A stretch of DNA of 29,733 bases from a virus (IMGVR_UViG_3300020045_006707:1-29733); one strand, 5' to 3'; positions 8,701 to 18,453 are shown, counted from the first letter of the stretch. Program-made: numbers and translations. The notes: generated from the sequence alone by a model not told the origin.

Positions 8701-10263
8701 ATGGAAAAAACTTGTCCTGATTGTGGTTCTGAATCAATCATCAAAAAAGGTACTCAGACTACTTCTGATGGTACTACCAAACAACGGTTCAAATGTATAG
8801 ATTGTTCTAAACATTTTATGGAAACGATTGAATCTGTTGATCCTATTGAACCCGAAAAATATTGCGAAGAACCAACTTGGGATTCTGTTGATGAAACCAT
8901 TCCCAATGATAATTCTTCTATCAAACGGTATGTGATTACTGCATGTCAGAATGATACTGAAATCAACCTGAAGTTTCTTTCTACCCTAGAATCATATTGC
9001 GAAAAGCATTCTGCTGAACTTCTGATTGTTCCTATGATCTATCAGAAGGCTGAAGATTATGAATTCAATATTCCAGATTCGCTAAAACATAAGTTTGTTA
9101 TGAACAAACTGAAGATTCACGATGAAATTTTTGTCATGGGATCATTTAACTTCAATCCAACGGCAATTAATCCTTTGTCTGGTTTAGAATCCATTTCAAG
9201 AGGGGATACGCTGATTGTACCATCTCCTCAAATTCGTATGAAATCTTTAGCAGTTTCTGCAACAAGACATCCAGCAATTCTTCATACTACGGGGGCTATT
9301 TCTAAACCAAATTATCTAAGTAGTAAAGTTGGGGAACGGGCTAAGTTCAACCATACGTTTGCTGCTGTCTTGGTTGAAATTGATCTTGATAATGATTTTC
9401 ATATTCGTACTTTGTTATCAGATGAATCAGGTTCATTCTATGATATTGGGACATTCTATTCAGGAAAAGAATCTACTTTTGAAGGTATTGAAGCATTAGT
9501 GACTGGGGATGAACATGCGTTTGTTGCTTGTCCTGATGTGATGAATGCAACTTATTTGAATACTGATTCTGTTGTTAATACGTTGAAACCTAAGTATGTT
9601 ATCCGTCATGACGTGTTAGATTTTTTCAGCGGAAACCCCCACACAAAGAATGATACTATTCGGAATATTGGTAAGGCTATCTTTGGGACTAATAATGTCG
9701 AAGATGAATTAAAATTGACAGTTGATTACATTAGAAAAACTTCTAATGGGTCATTCCAGAACATTATGGTTGCATCAAATCATACAGACCATTTGTATCA
9801 GTATTTGAGTTCAATAGATATCAGAACCCAACCTTGGAATGCAAAATTTTATTTCAAGTATATGCACAAAATTATTGAATCAATGGAAAAAACTGCAATT
9901 GGAGTAAACCATATTGATGTGTTTGAAGAATACTGTAAAGATTCTGGTTTGCTTGATATTAGGTTTCTGAAACGGGATGAATCATTCATGATCGGGGATG
10001 TTGAGCTTAGTCATCATTCTGATAAAGGGGCTAATGGTTCTCGGGGAAGCATCAATCAGTTTTCTAATCTTTGCGATAAGTCGGTGATTGGGCACAGCCA
10101 CACCCCTGGAATCATCGGAAATGCCTATCAGGTCGGAACAAGTTCTTTATTGAAACTTGATTATACAACTGGAATTTCCAGTTGGATGAATTCACATTGC
10201 CTCATTATGAAAAAAGGACATCGCCAGATGATCAATATTATTAATAAAAAATGGAAAGCTTAA
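8701..10263 (+). CDS. T5 A1-like protein (metallophosphoesterase-fold nuclease) with an N-terminal zinc ribbon
   Basis: RYVITACQNDT, HTTGAIS.PNY, KAKFNH-like ERAKFNH, VTGDEH, RHDVLD, SNHTDHL, HHSDKGANGSRGS and IGHSHTP. ATG 8701 has SD GGAG; the ORF-track start at 8674 is a TTG inside a hairpin. Confidence 0.75.
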   Translation: MEKTCPDCGSESIIKKGTQTTSDGTTKQRFKCIDCSKHFMETIESVDPIEPEKYCEEPTWDSVDETIPNDNSSIKRYVITACQNDTEINLKFLSTLESYCEKHSAELLIVPMIYQKAEDYEFNIPDSLKHKFVMNKLKIHDEIFVMGSFNFNPTAINPLSGLESISRGDTLIVPSPQIRMKSLAVSATRHPAILHTTGAISKPNYLSSKVGERAKFNHTFAAVLVEIDLDNDFHIRTLLSDESGSFYDIGTFYSGKESTFEGIEALVTGDEHAFVACPDVMNATYLNTDSVVNTLKPKYVIRHDVLDFFSGNPHTKNDTIRNIGKAIFGTNNVEDELKLTVDYIRKTSNGSFQNIMVASNHTDHLYQYLSSIDIRTQPWNAKFYFKYMHKIIESMEKTAIGVNHIDVFEEYCKDSGLLDIRFLKRDESFMIGDVELSHHSDKGANGSRGSINQFSNLCDKSVIGHSHTPGIIGNAYQVGTSSLLKLDYTTGISSWMNSHCLIMKKGHRQMINIINKKWKA

Positions 10264-10499
10264 AAATGAAAAATCCTTTTGAACCAGACAAAATTGAAGT
10301 GGGGCAACATGTATTTGTTGATAATCACTTTGGTAAAATCCTTAAAATTGAAAAGATTGATTCTAAAGATCAATATACTATTCGATTTACCCACAAGTAT
10401 ACTAAATGCAGAAATGCTACTACAAGGGAAACCACAATTGTAAAAAGCCCCGTTAGGAGCTTTATTAAATTAACTTTTGATGAACCAGTGTTAGCGTAG
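10251..10499 (+). CDS. Hypothetical protein, possibly an SH3/KOW-like beta barrel (start may be 10266)
   Basis: Translationally coupled to the A1-like stop codon. Contains IEVGQHVFV...FGKILKI. Confidence 0.55.
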   Translation: MESLKMKNPFEPDKIEVGQHVFVDNHFGKILKIEKIDSKDQYTIRFTHKYTKCRNATTRETTIVKSPVRSFIKLTFDEPVLA

Positions 10500-11132
10500 A
10501 TCAGAAATCAAATCAACAATGTTATACTTCAGGGCATCATCAATCGAAAAGAAGTGATCATGATTACTGAGTAATTCAGTCTTGATATATTCCTTTTCCA
10601 ATCCGGTACATTGTTGATAAAGTAGAATCATCTTTTCGAAATACTGATCGAATTCCAGAACTGCATTCTTGATAACATGTAAAGGCCCATCAACGCACGT
10701 AGAGAACTGATGGGACAATAAAGTGGTGAATGGGGTTACTACCCTTTGATGGCCCGCCATAAGCAAGCATAGGGCTGCTGATGCTGCTTCCCCAAGGGCA
10801 ATACAACGAATCGGAATACATGATCCCCGAATGATATTGATTGTAGAAAATGCTGCTACCATATCACCACCCGAAGACGAAATCAAAAGATTGATAACAT
10901 CTACTTTGTCTTCCATGCAAATATCACCATCTTCATCCTCATAGAATTCATCTTGATTTAGTTCAAGAATAGCCCCGATAATGTCAGCACATTTTTCGGT
11001 CGAAATTTCCCCATGAAGGTAAAGAAAGGCTTGTTTTACATCTGGGTTTCCTGGAAAAAAGTGTTCATTGATTTTCGACATCATCTTGTTTGATTTCTTA
11101 ATAACCAAAACGGAATCTTCATCTTTTTCCAT
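10491..11132 (-). CDS. clpP: ClpP-like serine protease
   Basis: LYLHGEI, INLLISSSGG, GEAASAA (catalytic Ser), LLSHQ (His) and HDHFFS..DAL.YN.VD (Asp). SD AAGGAG. Confidence 0.85.
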   Translation of the reverse strand: MEKDEDSVLVIKKSNKMMSKINEHFFPGNPDVKQAFLYLHGEISTEKCADIIGAILELNQDEFYEDEDGDICMEDKVDVINLLISSSGGDMVAAFSTINIIRGSCIPIRCIALGEAASAALCLLMAGHQRVVTPFTTLLSHQFSTCVDGPLHVIKNAVLEFDQYFEKMILLYQQCTGLEKEYIKTELLSNHDHFFSIDDALKYNIVDLISDLR

Positions 11133-11173
11133 ATATAATATACTCCTTAGTTGTTGATTATTTAATGACTAGA

Positions 11174-11806
11174 TTAATTTCCGGTTGACCATTCATGCCC
11201 ATTTGGGAAGTATTGGTTATACAATGGATTTTTCTTCGCTTGCGTCTGAACAGAATAATCCGGGTCTTTTGCAAGTCTGAATAATTGCATCTTAGTTACT
11301 TTTGGGGAAAGGGCAAACTTTTGTTTTGCCCCGTAATACTTATATTGAGCAGGGGAATCTAAAAATGCTTGAATATGTTCGCTTGTGATATTTGGATTTC
11401 TAGATGCCGATAATTGCATCGTTTGATCCTTACTTTGAAGGGCATCAGAAATAACCTTACTTGATGCTTTTGGATGGCTTAATGCTGATAACACAACATT
11501 TCTATTAGTATCATTAAATGCAGTTTCAACATCAGATTCTGTTACATTAGGACTTTTTGCCAATGTCATTTCCCGAACAAATCCATTTGCATGGGTTAAT
11601 CCCCGTTCAAGTTGTTCCCTTGTTGCATCTTTATGACTTGCTGCGGGAATAAATTCATCAAAATCATCAGACTTCATTCCTGCTTCAATATGCTCAGGTT
11701 TAATATCAGAATTTGGATGTTTTAGAAATGCCGATAAAGAATCCTTTGGTCCAAAATGCCCCAAAGATGGATCAGTGAAATCTAACAAAAATCTTTCGTT
11801 AACCAT
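11174..11806 (-). CDS. Helical-repeat (HEAT/LRV-like) protein
   Basis: Repeated '(A)L.(H/N/S)P.....l..al.d' units that resemble the C-terminal repeats of ORF 14109-16352. Confidence 0.65.
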   Translation of the reverse strand: MVNERFLLDFTDPSLGHFGPKDSLSAFLKHPNSDIKPEHIEAGMKSDDFDEFIPAASHKDATREQLERGLTHANGFVREMTLAKSPNVTESDVETAFNDTNRNVVLSALSHPKASSKVISDALQSKDQTMQLSASRNPNITSEHIQAFLDSPAQYKYYGAKQKFALSPKVTKMQLFRLAKDPDYSVQTQAKKNPLYNQYFPNGHEWSTGN

Positions 11807-12396
11807 TATAGATACGGGAGAATTGCGTGTTCCGCTGCTTGGGCAGAATTAAACATTTGTTTATCAATAATCTTACCGTCTACTGTTCGAAGCATAGCAA
11901 AATATTCGCCTTCTTTTTCAATAGTGATAATCTGACCACCCTTACCTGTTTGACGGAAAATTTCTTCCCCTTTTGATTCATGAACTTCTGATTCTTCATC
12001 ATGTTCTTCAGTAACAATACCTTCAGATTCAGCTTTATTATCGTGCATCAAATTTTCGGCGGATAATTCGTCCACAGAACCATCATTCATCTTAATGGTA
12101 TAGTGACCTTCAGTTTGACCTAAAGACATCACCTTACCATGTTTAGACGCATGGGGGGCATAGTTATCTGACACTTGAACTGGATCACCTTCAGAATACT
12201 TGGTAACAACCAAAGTTTTGTCTGAATTTTCAATAAGATACTTTACCAATTCTTTACGTTCAAATGCTTCAACAATTGGTAAAGTCTTGATGTAGGTCAT
12301 CAAATCTGATTCAGACAGATTTTTCGGGACAGATTTTAAGATTGAAGAAAATTTAGCATCCTTCAATTTTTGGAACATTTCTTTAGCATTTTTCAT
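11806..12396 (-). CDS. Hypothetical acidic protein with a KOW/SH3-like segment, possibly head-associated
   Basis: YSEGDPVQV....HGKVMSL....HYTIKMNDG followed by a Glu-rich linker. Overlaps both neighbours, indicating an operon. Confidence 0.6.
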   Translation of the reverse strand: MKNAKEMFQKLKDAKFSSILKSVPKNLSESDLMTYIKTLPIVEAFERKELVKYLIENSDKTLVVTKYSEGDPVQVSDNYAPHASKHGKVMSLGQTEGHYTIKMNDGSVDELSAENLMHDNKAESEGIVTEEHDEESEVHESKGEEIFRQTGKGGQIITIEKEGEYFAMLRTVDGKIIDKQMFNSAQAAEHAILPYL

Positions 12397-13193
12397 TCAG
12401 TTCTTCCTGGTAAGTTTTCGCCATGTAATAGTTGTCTTGGATTTTCAGACCAAGCCTTGTGTAGACTTGGTTTAATTGAAGCAAAGTCTGCATCAGATAT
12501 TTTATCATCATTTGAATCCATAAAATCGCCAGACGCTGGATGATATTGAAATAAAGCCCCATCAGTTTTACGATGTACTGCAAAAAGGGGGCCATCTTGA
12601 TTATATTGGTTGTATCGGCAATTAGTATTCCAAGCAGTACACCATTTAGTTACGGGGGCACCATATGCTTTTTGGGATGATGCTTCGTTACCAACATGCT
12701 TAATAGTGATATGTTCATCATCATACATGGTATGAATACCGGGCAAGTCTTTGTTTACTGAACGTCTTGCTGCTAATGTATTTGCTTGATTCAGATATGG
12801 GGCAGTTGCATGTTCAAGTTCAGTGATAGTTTTGTACTTACCAAAATCCCTTGATTCAATCGGCATCATTGATTTCTTGGATTCGAAATTCTGTAAAGCG
12901 GAAGAAACCCTTGGGGCATCTTCTTGTTTAAACTTACCAGCATGATACATCTGAACAAGTTTTTGGGTATGGAGTTTCTTTTCGGTTGGATCAACAGTTG
13001 CTAAAAAGTCAATCACATCAGATGCTTTACGATGTACTGCATAACCATCATGACTTGTATTGATTTCTGGATATTTGTTTTTCAGAAAGTCAATCTTTGC
13101 ATTTTCTGTTAGAAGTTCTTCATACAAGATTGTACTTGTCTTAGATTCATATAAGGCTGCATATGCCTTACCGATTGCGTCATAATTCTGCAT
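12393..13193 (-). CDS. WCT-motif phage protein, paralog of the N-terminal part of 14109-16352
   Basis: TSHD, DPT..K..TQ and TKWCTAW......Y...GPLF. SD AAGGA and an ATTAAATA box at 13219-13212. Confidence 0.7.
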   Translation of the reverse strand: MQNYDAIGKAYAALYESKTSTILYEELLTENAKIDFLKNKYPEINTSHDGYAVHRKASDVIDFLATVDPTEKKLHTQKLVQMYHAGKFKQEDAPRVSSALQNFESKKSMMPIESRDFGKYKTITELEHATAPYLNQANTLAARRSVNKDLPGIHTMYDDEHITIKHVGNEASSQKAYGAPVTKWCTAWNTNCRYNQYNQDGPLFAVHRKTDGALFQYHPASGDFMDSNDDKISDADFASIKPSLHKAWSENPRQLLHGENLPGRTE

Positions 13194-13218
13194 TATAGGT
13201 TTCCTTTGTCTTATTTAA

Positions 13219-14106
13219 TCAATCAATGATTTGTTCATTATCCCGATTGTTATAATGAATCGGCTGAGCTTTATTCATGATGTGATGAATCAACATCCCT
13301 TTTTCTGAAGAATCTACCATATGGGTATTATCGTCGTCTTCGTCTGCAGTTGTTCCATGATCGAAAGTAAACAAAGTTGGGGAATGCCTTTTGAAATTTG
13401 AAATCGAATTATATTCAGAAGAAGTCTTTATATGATGTTCATATTTCTTTGATGCTTCTTCAGTTGACAAACTGGTTGTGAATGCTTTATGCCCAATACC
13501 CCCAGAAATCGAAGTATGTTTCCCGACAAATGCTGGATTGTAATCGGGATGATCAATGATGTGTTTAGCTTGCATCAATAATTTTATTGGATGATTTCCC
13601 GGAAATTTCTTCCTAACTAAATTCATAGTATGATCAGATACTTGTCGATCATGAAATTCGAGTTTAGATTCAAGATTTGAACTATGCCCATTTTCAGGAA
13701 CCCCATCCATATTAAATGGAATATGAATAGATGCAACATGTTTATCATTCTTATCAAAAATATGATAATTATTGAATGCATCCCCATGGTCGGTAAAGTT
13801 GGTTGAATCAAACTTAGTCTTTACTGGGTCAGGCATGTCAACATCATTAATCATTTCTTCATACTTGTCCCCAATCTTTTGATGTATATCATTTTCATCA
13901 TATTGTTTTGATGAATGCCCAAAACCTTTGTATGTCAATGATGAAGTCTGACCGGGATATAATTGTTGCATCACTGGATGCCATTTAATATTCTTGTATG
14001 TATATGCCCCGATCTTTTCCGCAGTAGCAACAGGATCACCCGTAGTAGTATCAGAAAATAATACTTTGTTTCCTTCGATATCTTTTTTATCTAATTCAAT
14101 AGTCAT
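13219..14106 (-). CDS. Hypothetical His-rich protein
   Basis: 295-aa ORF packed tightly in the operon with SD AAGGA. No family recognised. Confidence 0.7.
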   Translation of the reverse strand: MTIELDKKDIEGNKVLFSDTTTGDPVATAEKIGAYTYKNIKWHPVMQQLYPGQTSSLTYKGFGHSSKQYDENDIHQKIGDKYEEMINDVDMPDPVKTKFDSTNFTDHGDAFNNYHIFDKNDKHVASIHIPFNMDGVPENGHSSNLESKLEFHDRQVSDHTMNLVRKKFPGNHPIKLLMQAKHIIDHPDYNPAFVGKHTSISGGIGHKAFTTSLSTEEASKKYEHHIKTSSEYNSISNFKRHSPTLFTFDHGTTADEDDDNTHMVDSSEKGMLIHHIMNKAQPIHYNNRDNEQIID

Positions 14107-14108
14107 TT

Positions 14109-16352
14109 TTAATCCTTAATTAACCGTTGCTTAGCAGCAATTGATACTGATGGTTCATGATCATGTTGCAAAATTTGTAATGTTTTTTCTTCGGTTGATG
14201 GATTCTTAGCCAATGCTTCCCGAACATGGGAAAACGGCGATGATACCAACGAATGAAGAATTGATGGAGGAGTTCTTTCATTTTTAGAAAGGAACCCATG
14301 AAATCTTGGGTTTCCCTTTACAATATCAAAGCTTGATAATTGAGAACTTGGGTGATTCAGGGCTTCAATCTTTGCATGAAACAGGGCTGTTGAATTTGAA
14401 ATCAGATTAGAAATATGGTTCGCGTTAATAAGTTTAGGGGGCGCATCAGCAATCATTTTGGTTTGGGTGTCTAACGCTGATCTTTCCCCCTTTTCGATCG
14501 TCTTATCCATTATCTGGTCAATATGTTTTGACGTAGCTGTCTTTGCGGATAAAATCGAACCAACATGATGCACATTTGATGTTGAGAATCCTGGATGATT
14601 AATAATCTTTGTCAGGTCATCTGCTTTTACTTTTGGATTATCAGTAATGGAAACATCATATTTATCAAGATTCATCATACCTATTTTTGGATGACTAATG
14701 ATAGCATCAATCGCTTCTTTTGGGAGTTTTCTATTTGCTAACCAACCTGTCGATTGAGGGGAAATTGTGCCTCCTAAAACGTGTCTTGTATATGTATCAG
14801 CGTCAAATGGAGTAATATCTTTTCTGTCTAATACGGCATCAAAATTAGAAACCCGAATTGGATCATCTGTTGTTCCTGAAGTCAAAATACGATGAACATC
14901 TTCTTTTGGGGTTTTTGGATTTGAATACAGATTACTTTGAACGTTCCTTCTTAAATTTGGTTGTTTAGAAATCTTTGAAAGAATTTCTGAAGGGGTAAAT
15001 TTATTGGATGCAAGTTCGGGGAAAGATGCATTTTTGCCAGCATCAATATACTCATGATAATATTCAATCGGAACGTGAGGGGATTTCGTATTACTTATTG
15101 CATGAATTTTATAATCTTCCCCAGTATTGTTTATGATTCTTTGAAAATGTTCAGGTTTCATACTTGGAGAATTAATCAAACGTTTCAAATCTTCATGTTT
15201 TTGGTGGACATCAGTATCCGCTAATATATGACCAATCATCGTATGCATAATATCAGGGGATAAATTATCTTGAGCAACCAATTTTGGTAACAAACCATGG
15301 GCTTCAATAATATGATGACGTTGAGATTCGGTCAAACTTGGATTTCCTGCAGTATGATCAGTATAATCACGATCTGTTGCATGACCAAGGGGTAATTTTT
15401 TAAGGGTTTCAAAGTCTTCGTCTGAAATAGGAAGGGCATGATGTTGTAGGGTTTGTCTTACTTTGTATGCATTATCAACCCCTCTACCCTGAACAAATTC
15501 AGAATCATGTTCCTTCAACATCTTACTTACTGCGTCAGGACTTTGTTTTTTAAACTGTTGTTCTAAATCAGAAGTTCCGGGGGCATACCCTTCAAGTTTT
15601 GCAGTATGACTAACGAAATCAGAAATTTCATCTGCATGTTTTGAAAAATTTGTTGCTGGATCAGGATTTTTGGGGTCAATACTAATCATTTGATTTTGTT
15701 CATTATTCAATTGATTAGATTTATGGTGCAAATGAAGTATTTGGTTATCTGGAAGATGAAGGGTATATTTACCCCCTTTATACCCCTCAAAGTGACCATT
15801 ACCGGGCGATGCTGTACACCAACGGGCTTTGCAAATTTTTCCAGATGGGCCATAGTTATGAACCATTGTTTCTACATTAGGAACTTTAAAACCAGTTGCC
15901 CCATTCTGGTCAAAAACTTTTTCTAATGGTTGAACCCCGCTTGCGACTGCTTCTGCTCTTGGGCGAACAGGGGCCAACAAATCCTTCATGTGATCCAAAG
16001 ACTTAATCTTAGTAATATCTCTAATTTCTAAGTTTGGTTTGTTTTCATGAAACGCTTGTAAAGTATCTTTTACTTTGTCTGCATCACCCAAAGTAAAATC
16101 TTTGTTTTCGGCATAAGATTTAGCAAGAAACTGGGTATTCGCTTTGTTTGGGGTTGGGTCCATTTCTGCAATTTTATCAATCACTTCATGGGGATGCATA
16201 CCAGATGCTTTTGGGTCATGACTTGTATCAATCTTCTTACCAAACATCTGCTTGATCGTATCAATTCTTGATTCCAAAAGAAATTCCAATTGACTTTCTG
16301 ATAGAATATCAAGTCGTTCTTCTAATAGGTATTCTACTTGTTCTTTATTCAT
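14109..16352 (-). CDS. WCT-motif domain fused to a long helical-repeat (HEAT/LRV-like) region
   Basis: The N-terminal ~250 aa align with 12393-13193 (ARWCTAS). The C-terminus carries repeats such as VREALAKNPSTEEKTLQIL. Confidence 0.7.
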   Translation of the reverse strand: MNKEQVEYLLEERLDILSESQLEFLLESRIDTIKQMFGKKIDTSHDPKASGMHPHEVIDKIAEMDPTPNKANTQFLAKSYAENKDFTLGDADKVKDTLQAFHENKPNLEIRDITKIKSLDHMKDLLAPVRPRAEAVASGVQPLEKVFDQNGATGFKVPNVETMVHNYGPSGKICKARWCTASPGNGHFEGYKGGKYTLHLPDNQILHLHHKSNQLNNEQNQMISIDPKNPDPATNFSKHADEISDFVSHTAKLEGYAPGTSDLEQQFKKQSPDAVSKMLKEHDSEFVQGRGVDNAYKVRQTLQHHALPISDEDFETLKKLPLGHATDRDYTDHTAGNPSLTESQRHHIIEAHGLLPKLVAQDNLSPDIMHTMIGHILADTDVHQKHEDLKRLINSPSMKPEHFQRIINNTGEDYKIHAISNTKSPHVPIEYYHEYIDAGKNASFPELASNKFTPSEILSKISKQPNLRRNVQSNLYSNPKTPKEDVHRILTSGTTDDPIRVSNFDAVLDRKDITPFDADTYTRHVLGGTISPQSTGWLANRKLPKEAIDAIISHPKIGMMNLDKYDVSITDNPKVKADDLTKIINHPGFSTSNVHHVGSILSAKTATSKHIDQIMDKTIEKGERSALDTQTKMIADAPPKLINANHISNLISNSTALFHAKIEALNHPSSQLSSFDIVKGNPRFHGFLSKNERTPPSILHSLVSSPFSHVREALAKNPSTEEKTLQILQHDHEPSVSIAAKQRLIKD

Positions 16353-16360
16353 ATTTTTCC

Positions 16361-17026
16361 TTAGTTTCCAAATGGGTTTGATTCATCAAAATTCAGAACT
16401 GCATCAGCAGCAGTTTGAATATCAGTATTTGTGAAGAAGTCGCGTTTAGCTGGGTTCGCTTCTGGAACCAGTTTATCTTTAATATCAAATGTCATGTCCA
16501 AAGCAATTTGATTCAGTTCGGTAATATCAGTTTCAATGCGTTCAGAAGAATATTGAAATAGTTCTACTTTTAGTTTATATACATACAATCTACCAATTTG
16601 ATAGAATGGATTCTGATGTTCCACAAACTTGATTTCGAATAAACCAGATGTTTTTGGGAAGTATAGTAAATCCCCTTCGGTTGGTCTTTCAGGAAGCAAT
16701 GATGTTCCAAAATCCCCAACTAAAGTTTTCCATCTTGCCCTTGAAATAGTAATTTGGGCTTGTTCTTCAATGAACATACCAAACTTAGATGCAAAAGCGC
16801 CTTGACCAGCAAATCCATCTGCATTATCAATATACCCTTCAATTGGATAAGCATCATTGAACTTCGAAAGGGAATCTTCCCCAAGAATAGTATCAAGGGC
16901 AACTAATGTTCGGGGAACATAGAAGAAGTCTTGACCATATTGACGTATTGATTCAATGATCAGGGATTCAACCAAATCCTGTTCTGAAGTTGTTCCCCTT
17001 GGAAATAATGAGTTTAAAGTTGACAT
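16361..17026 (-). CDS. gp14: Neck protein (T4 gp14-like)
   Basis: EQDLVESLIIESI..YG.D..YVPR, SKFG, RPTEGDLLYFP, FEIKFVEH..PFYQ.G and C-terminal FDESNPFG. Confidence 0.93.
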   Translation of the reverse strand: MSTLNSLFPRGTTSEQDLVESLIIESIRQYGQDFFYVPRTLVALDTILGEDSLSKFNDAYPIEGYIDNADGFAGQGAFASKFGMFIEEQAQITISRARWKTLVGDFGTSLLPERPTEGDLLYFPKTSGLFEIKFVEHQNPFYQIGRLYVYKLKVELFQYSSERIETDITELNQIALDMTFDIKDKLVPEANPAKRDFFTNTDIQTAADAVLNFDESNPFGN

Positions 17027-17048
17027 CGTATTAAATATAGTTATTGTA

Positions 17049-17085
17049 TATTTAGGGAAGATAGCGTTTGCCTAAATAGATGATA
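17049..17085. promoter_or_regulatory. Back-to-back late promoter boxes for gp14 (minus) and ORF 17111 (plus)
   Basis: CCTAAATA on minus at 17056-17049 and on plus at 17071-17078. Confidence 0.7.
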
Positions 17086-17110
17086 GAATTATCTTTAAAG
17101 GAAAAATAAA

Positions 17111-17635
17111 ATGGGTCAAGCACTATGGGGTATTAAATCTGGGAATGAGGTCATGCCAAATTGGTTAAAACCAGAAGAAAAAGAACGTTGCTTTGCAACT
17201 AATGCTGGTTGGGTTCTTCGTCATAACAATGGTATCGATGAAGTTTTGGTTGCTATTGCAAATCTAAAAACTAAACTTGGGGCTGCGTCAATCACTGAAG
17301 TAAAATTTGCAACTGGTACTTATACAGCCGGGACTACTAAGACTGTTCGGGTTACATTCAACGAAAAGGTTACTGTTACTGGAACCCCATCCATTGTTCT
17401 GAATGATGGCGTTGGTACTATTCCAGCAAGTTATACATCAACCGCAGGTCAAGGTAACGTTTTGGTGTTTAGCTTTACTGTACCAGTAGCTGCAACCACT
17501 TTGTCTATTGGGGCGCAATTGATTACCCTTGCGGGGGGTACTATTGTTGAAACTGATGTTAGTCCAACTGTGAATGCCGACTTGACTATTTCAACCGAAA
17601 TTGCTGCTGCCGCTGGAACTAAAGTAACTGTCTAA
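17111..17635 (+). CDS. Virion structural/decoration protein with an Ig-like C-terminal domain
   Basis: The N-terminal ALWG...AGWV...EVLVAI pattern resembles small T4-like virion proteins. VTFNEKVTVTGTP...LVFSFTV is Ig-like. It has a late promoter and its own terminator. Confidence 0.65.
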   Translation: MGQALWGIKSGNEVMPNWLKPEEKERCFATNAGWVLRHNNGIDEVLVAIANLKTKLGAASITEVKFATGTYTAGTTKTVRVTFNEKVTVTGTPSIVLNDGVGTIPASYTSTAGQGNVLVFSFTVPVAATTLSIGAQLITLAGGTIVETDVSPTVNADLTISTEIAAAAGTKVTV

Positions 17636-17653
17636 GTTTACTTAGCTTAATTA

Positions 17654-17678
17654 AAAAGGGACTTCATTAGTCCCTTTT
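17654..17678. terminator. Bidirectional rho-independent terminator
   Basis: aaaagggact-tcatt-agtccctttt lies between convergent genes, with A and T tracts on the two sides. Confidence 0.8.
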
Positions 17679-17679
17679 C

Positions 17680-18453
17680 TTATTTTGTCGTTCTTTTTGC
17701 TGCCCAAATAAATAATTTTTGATTCTTCTTGGGGTCAAAATGAATTTCTGGATCGGGATTAACTGTTAGTTTCATATTCCTTGGGGAAATATGTTCTCGT
17801 TGCCCAAATGGACTCAAATCTTCATTATTCCCAATATACAATCCCGTTGACCCCTTTGGATGAGAAATTTTCAGAATATGTCTTTCGGTGAATTCGCCCC
17901 CAAAATGAGGTTTAGTATAAGCAAACGCAACATTTCTTTTTGTTGATGAAGAAGTATAAGCAGGAAGTAATAATTTGTTTCGGTGATCCAAAATAGTTCT
18001 TGGGTCAAATCCCAATCCTGAATATGTAGTCAGGGCATGTTCTAAATGATTCTGTTTCAGGGCATCATCCAAATCATCAGTATTCAGGGTCTTTAATGGT
18101 TGTCCTGTTTTATGATCCGTTCCATAATGATGTACCGTTTCATGGGGTTTCTTGTCATAATGACGGTCAATTAGATGTCGATTCAATAATTTAGAACCAG
18201 TTTCCCCGACTTCCAAACCCCCTGTAATATAAGCATCAACCGCAGTATAATGTTTCTGATTGAGATTAGATGCATGTTCTTTTTCCAATGGTTCCAAAGA
18301 ATCAGAAATATCATTAGCCCGTTCATCCATCTGCCATGTTGCAATAGATTCTTCTATCTTTTTTGAACGATGATGAGAAATATCTGCAACTGGTAAATCC
18401 TTATCGAATTTTTCTGTTAGCATTTGAATGTAGGCTTGTCTAATTGGTTCCAT
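17680..18453 (-). CDS. ADP-ribosyltransferase, VIP2/C3/Alt-like fold
   Basis: AY.....S..LNRHL, TYSGLG (normally YRG), AYTSSS, ILKI..PKG..GLYI and QREHISPRN. Confidence 0.8.
   Translation of the reverse strand: MEPIRQAYIQMLTEKFDKDLPVADISHHRSKKIEESIATWQMDERANDISDSLEPLEKEHASNLNQKHYTAVDAYITGGLEVGETGSKLLNRHLIDRHYDKKPHETVHHYGTDHKTGQPLKTLNTDDLDDALKQNHLEHALTTYSGLGFDPRTILDHRNKLLLPAYTSSSTKRNVAFAYTKPHFGGEFTERHILKISHPKGSTGLYIGNNEDLSPFGQREHISPRNMKLTVNPDPEIHFDPKKNQKLFIWAAKRTTK

Noticed and set aside
8701-8830. IS1 element suggested by the InsA-like zinc ribbon
   Set aside because: No InsB/DDE domain, terminal inverted repeats or target duplication. The ribbon is fused in-frame to the A1-like protein.
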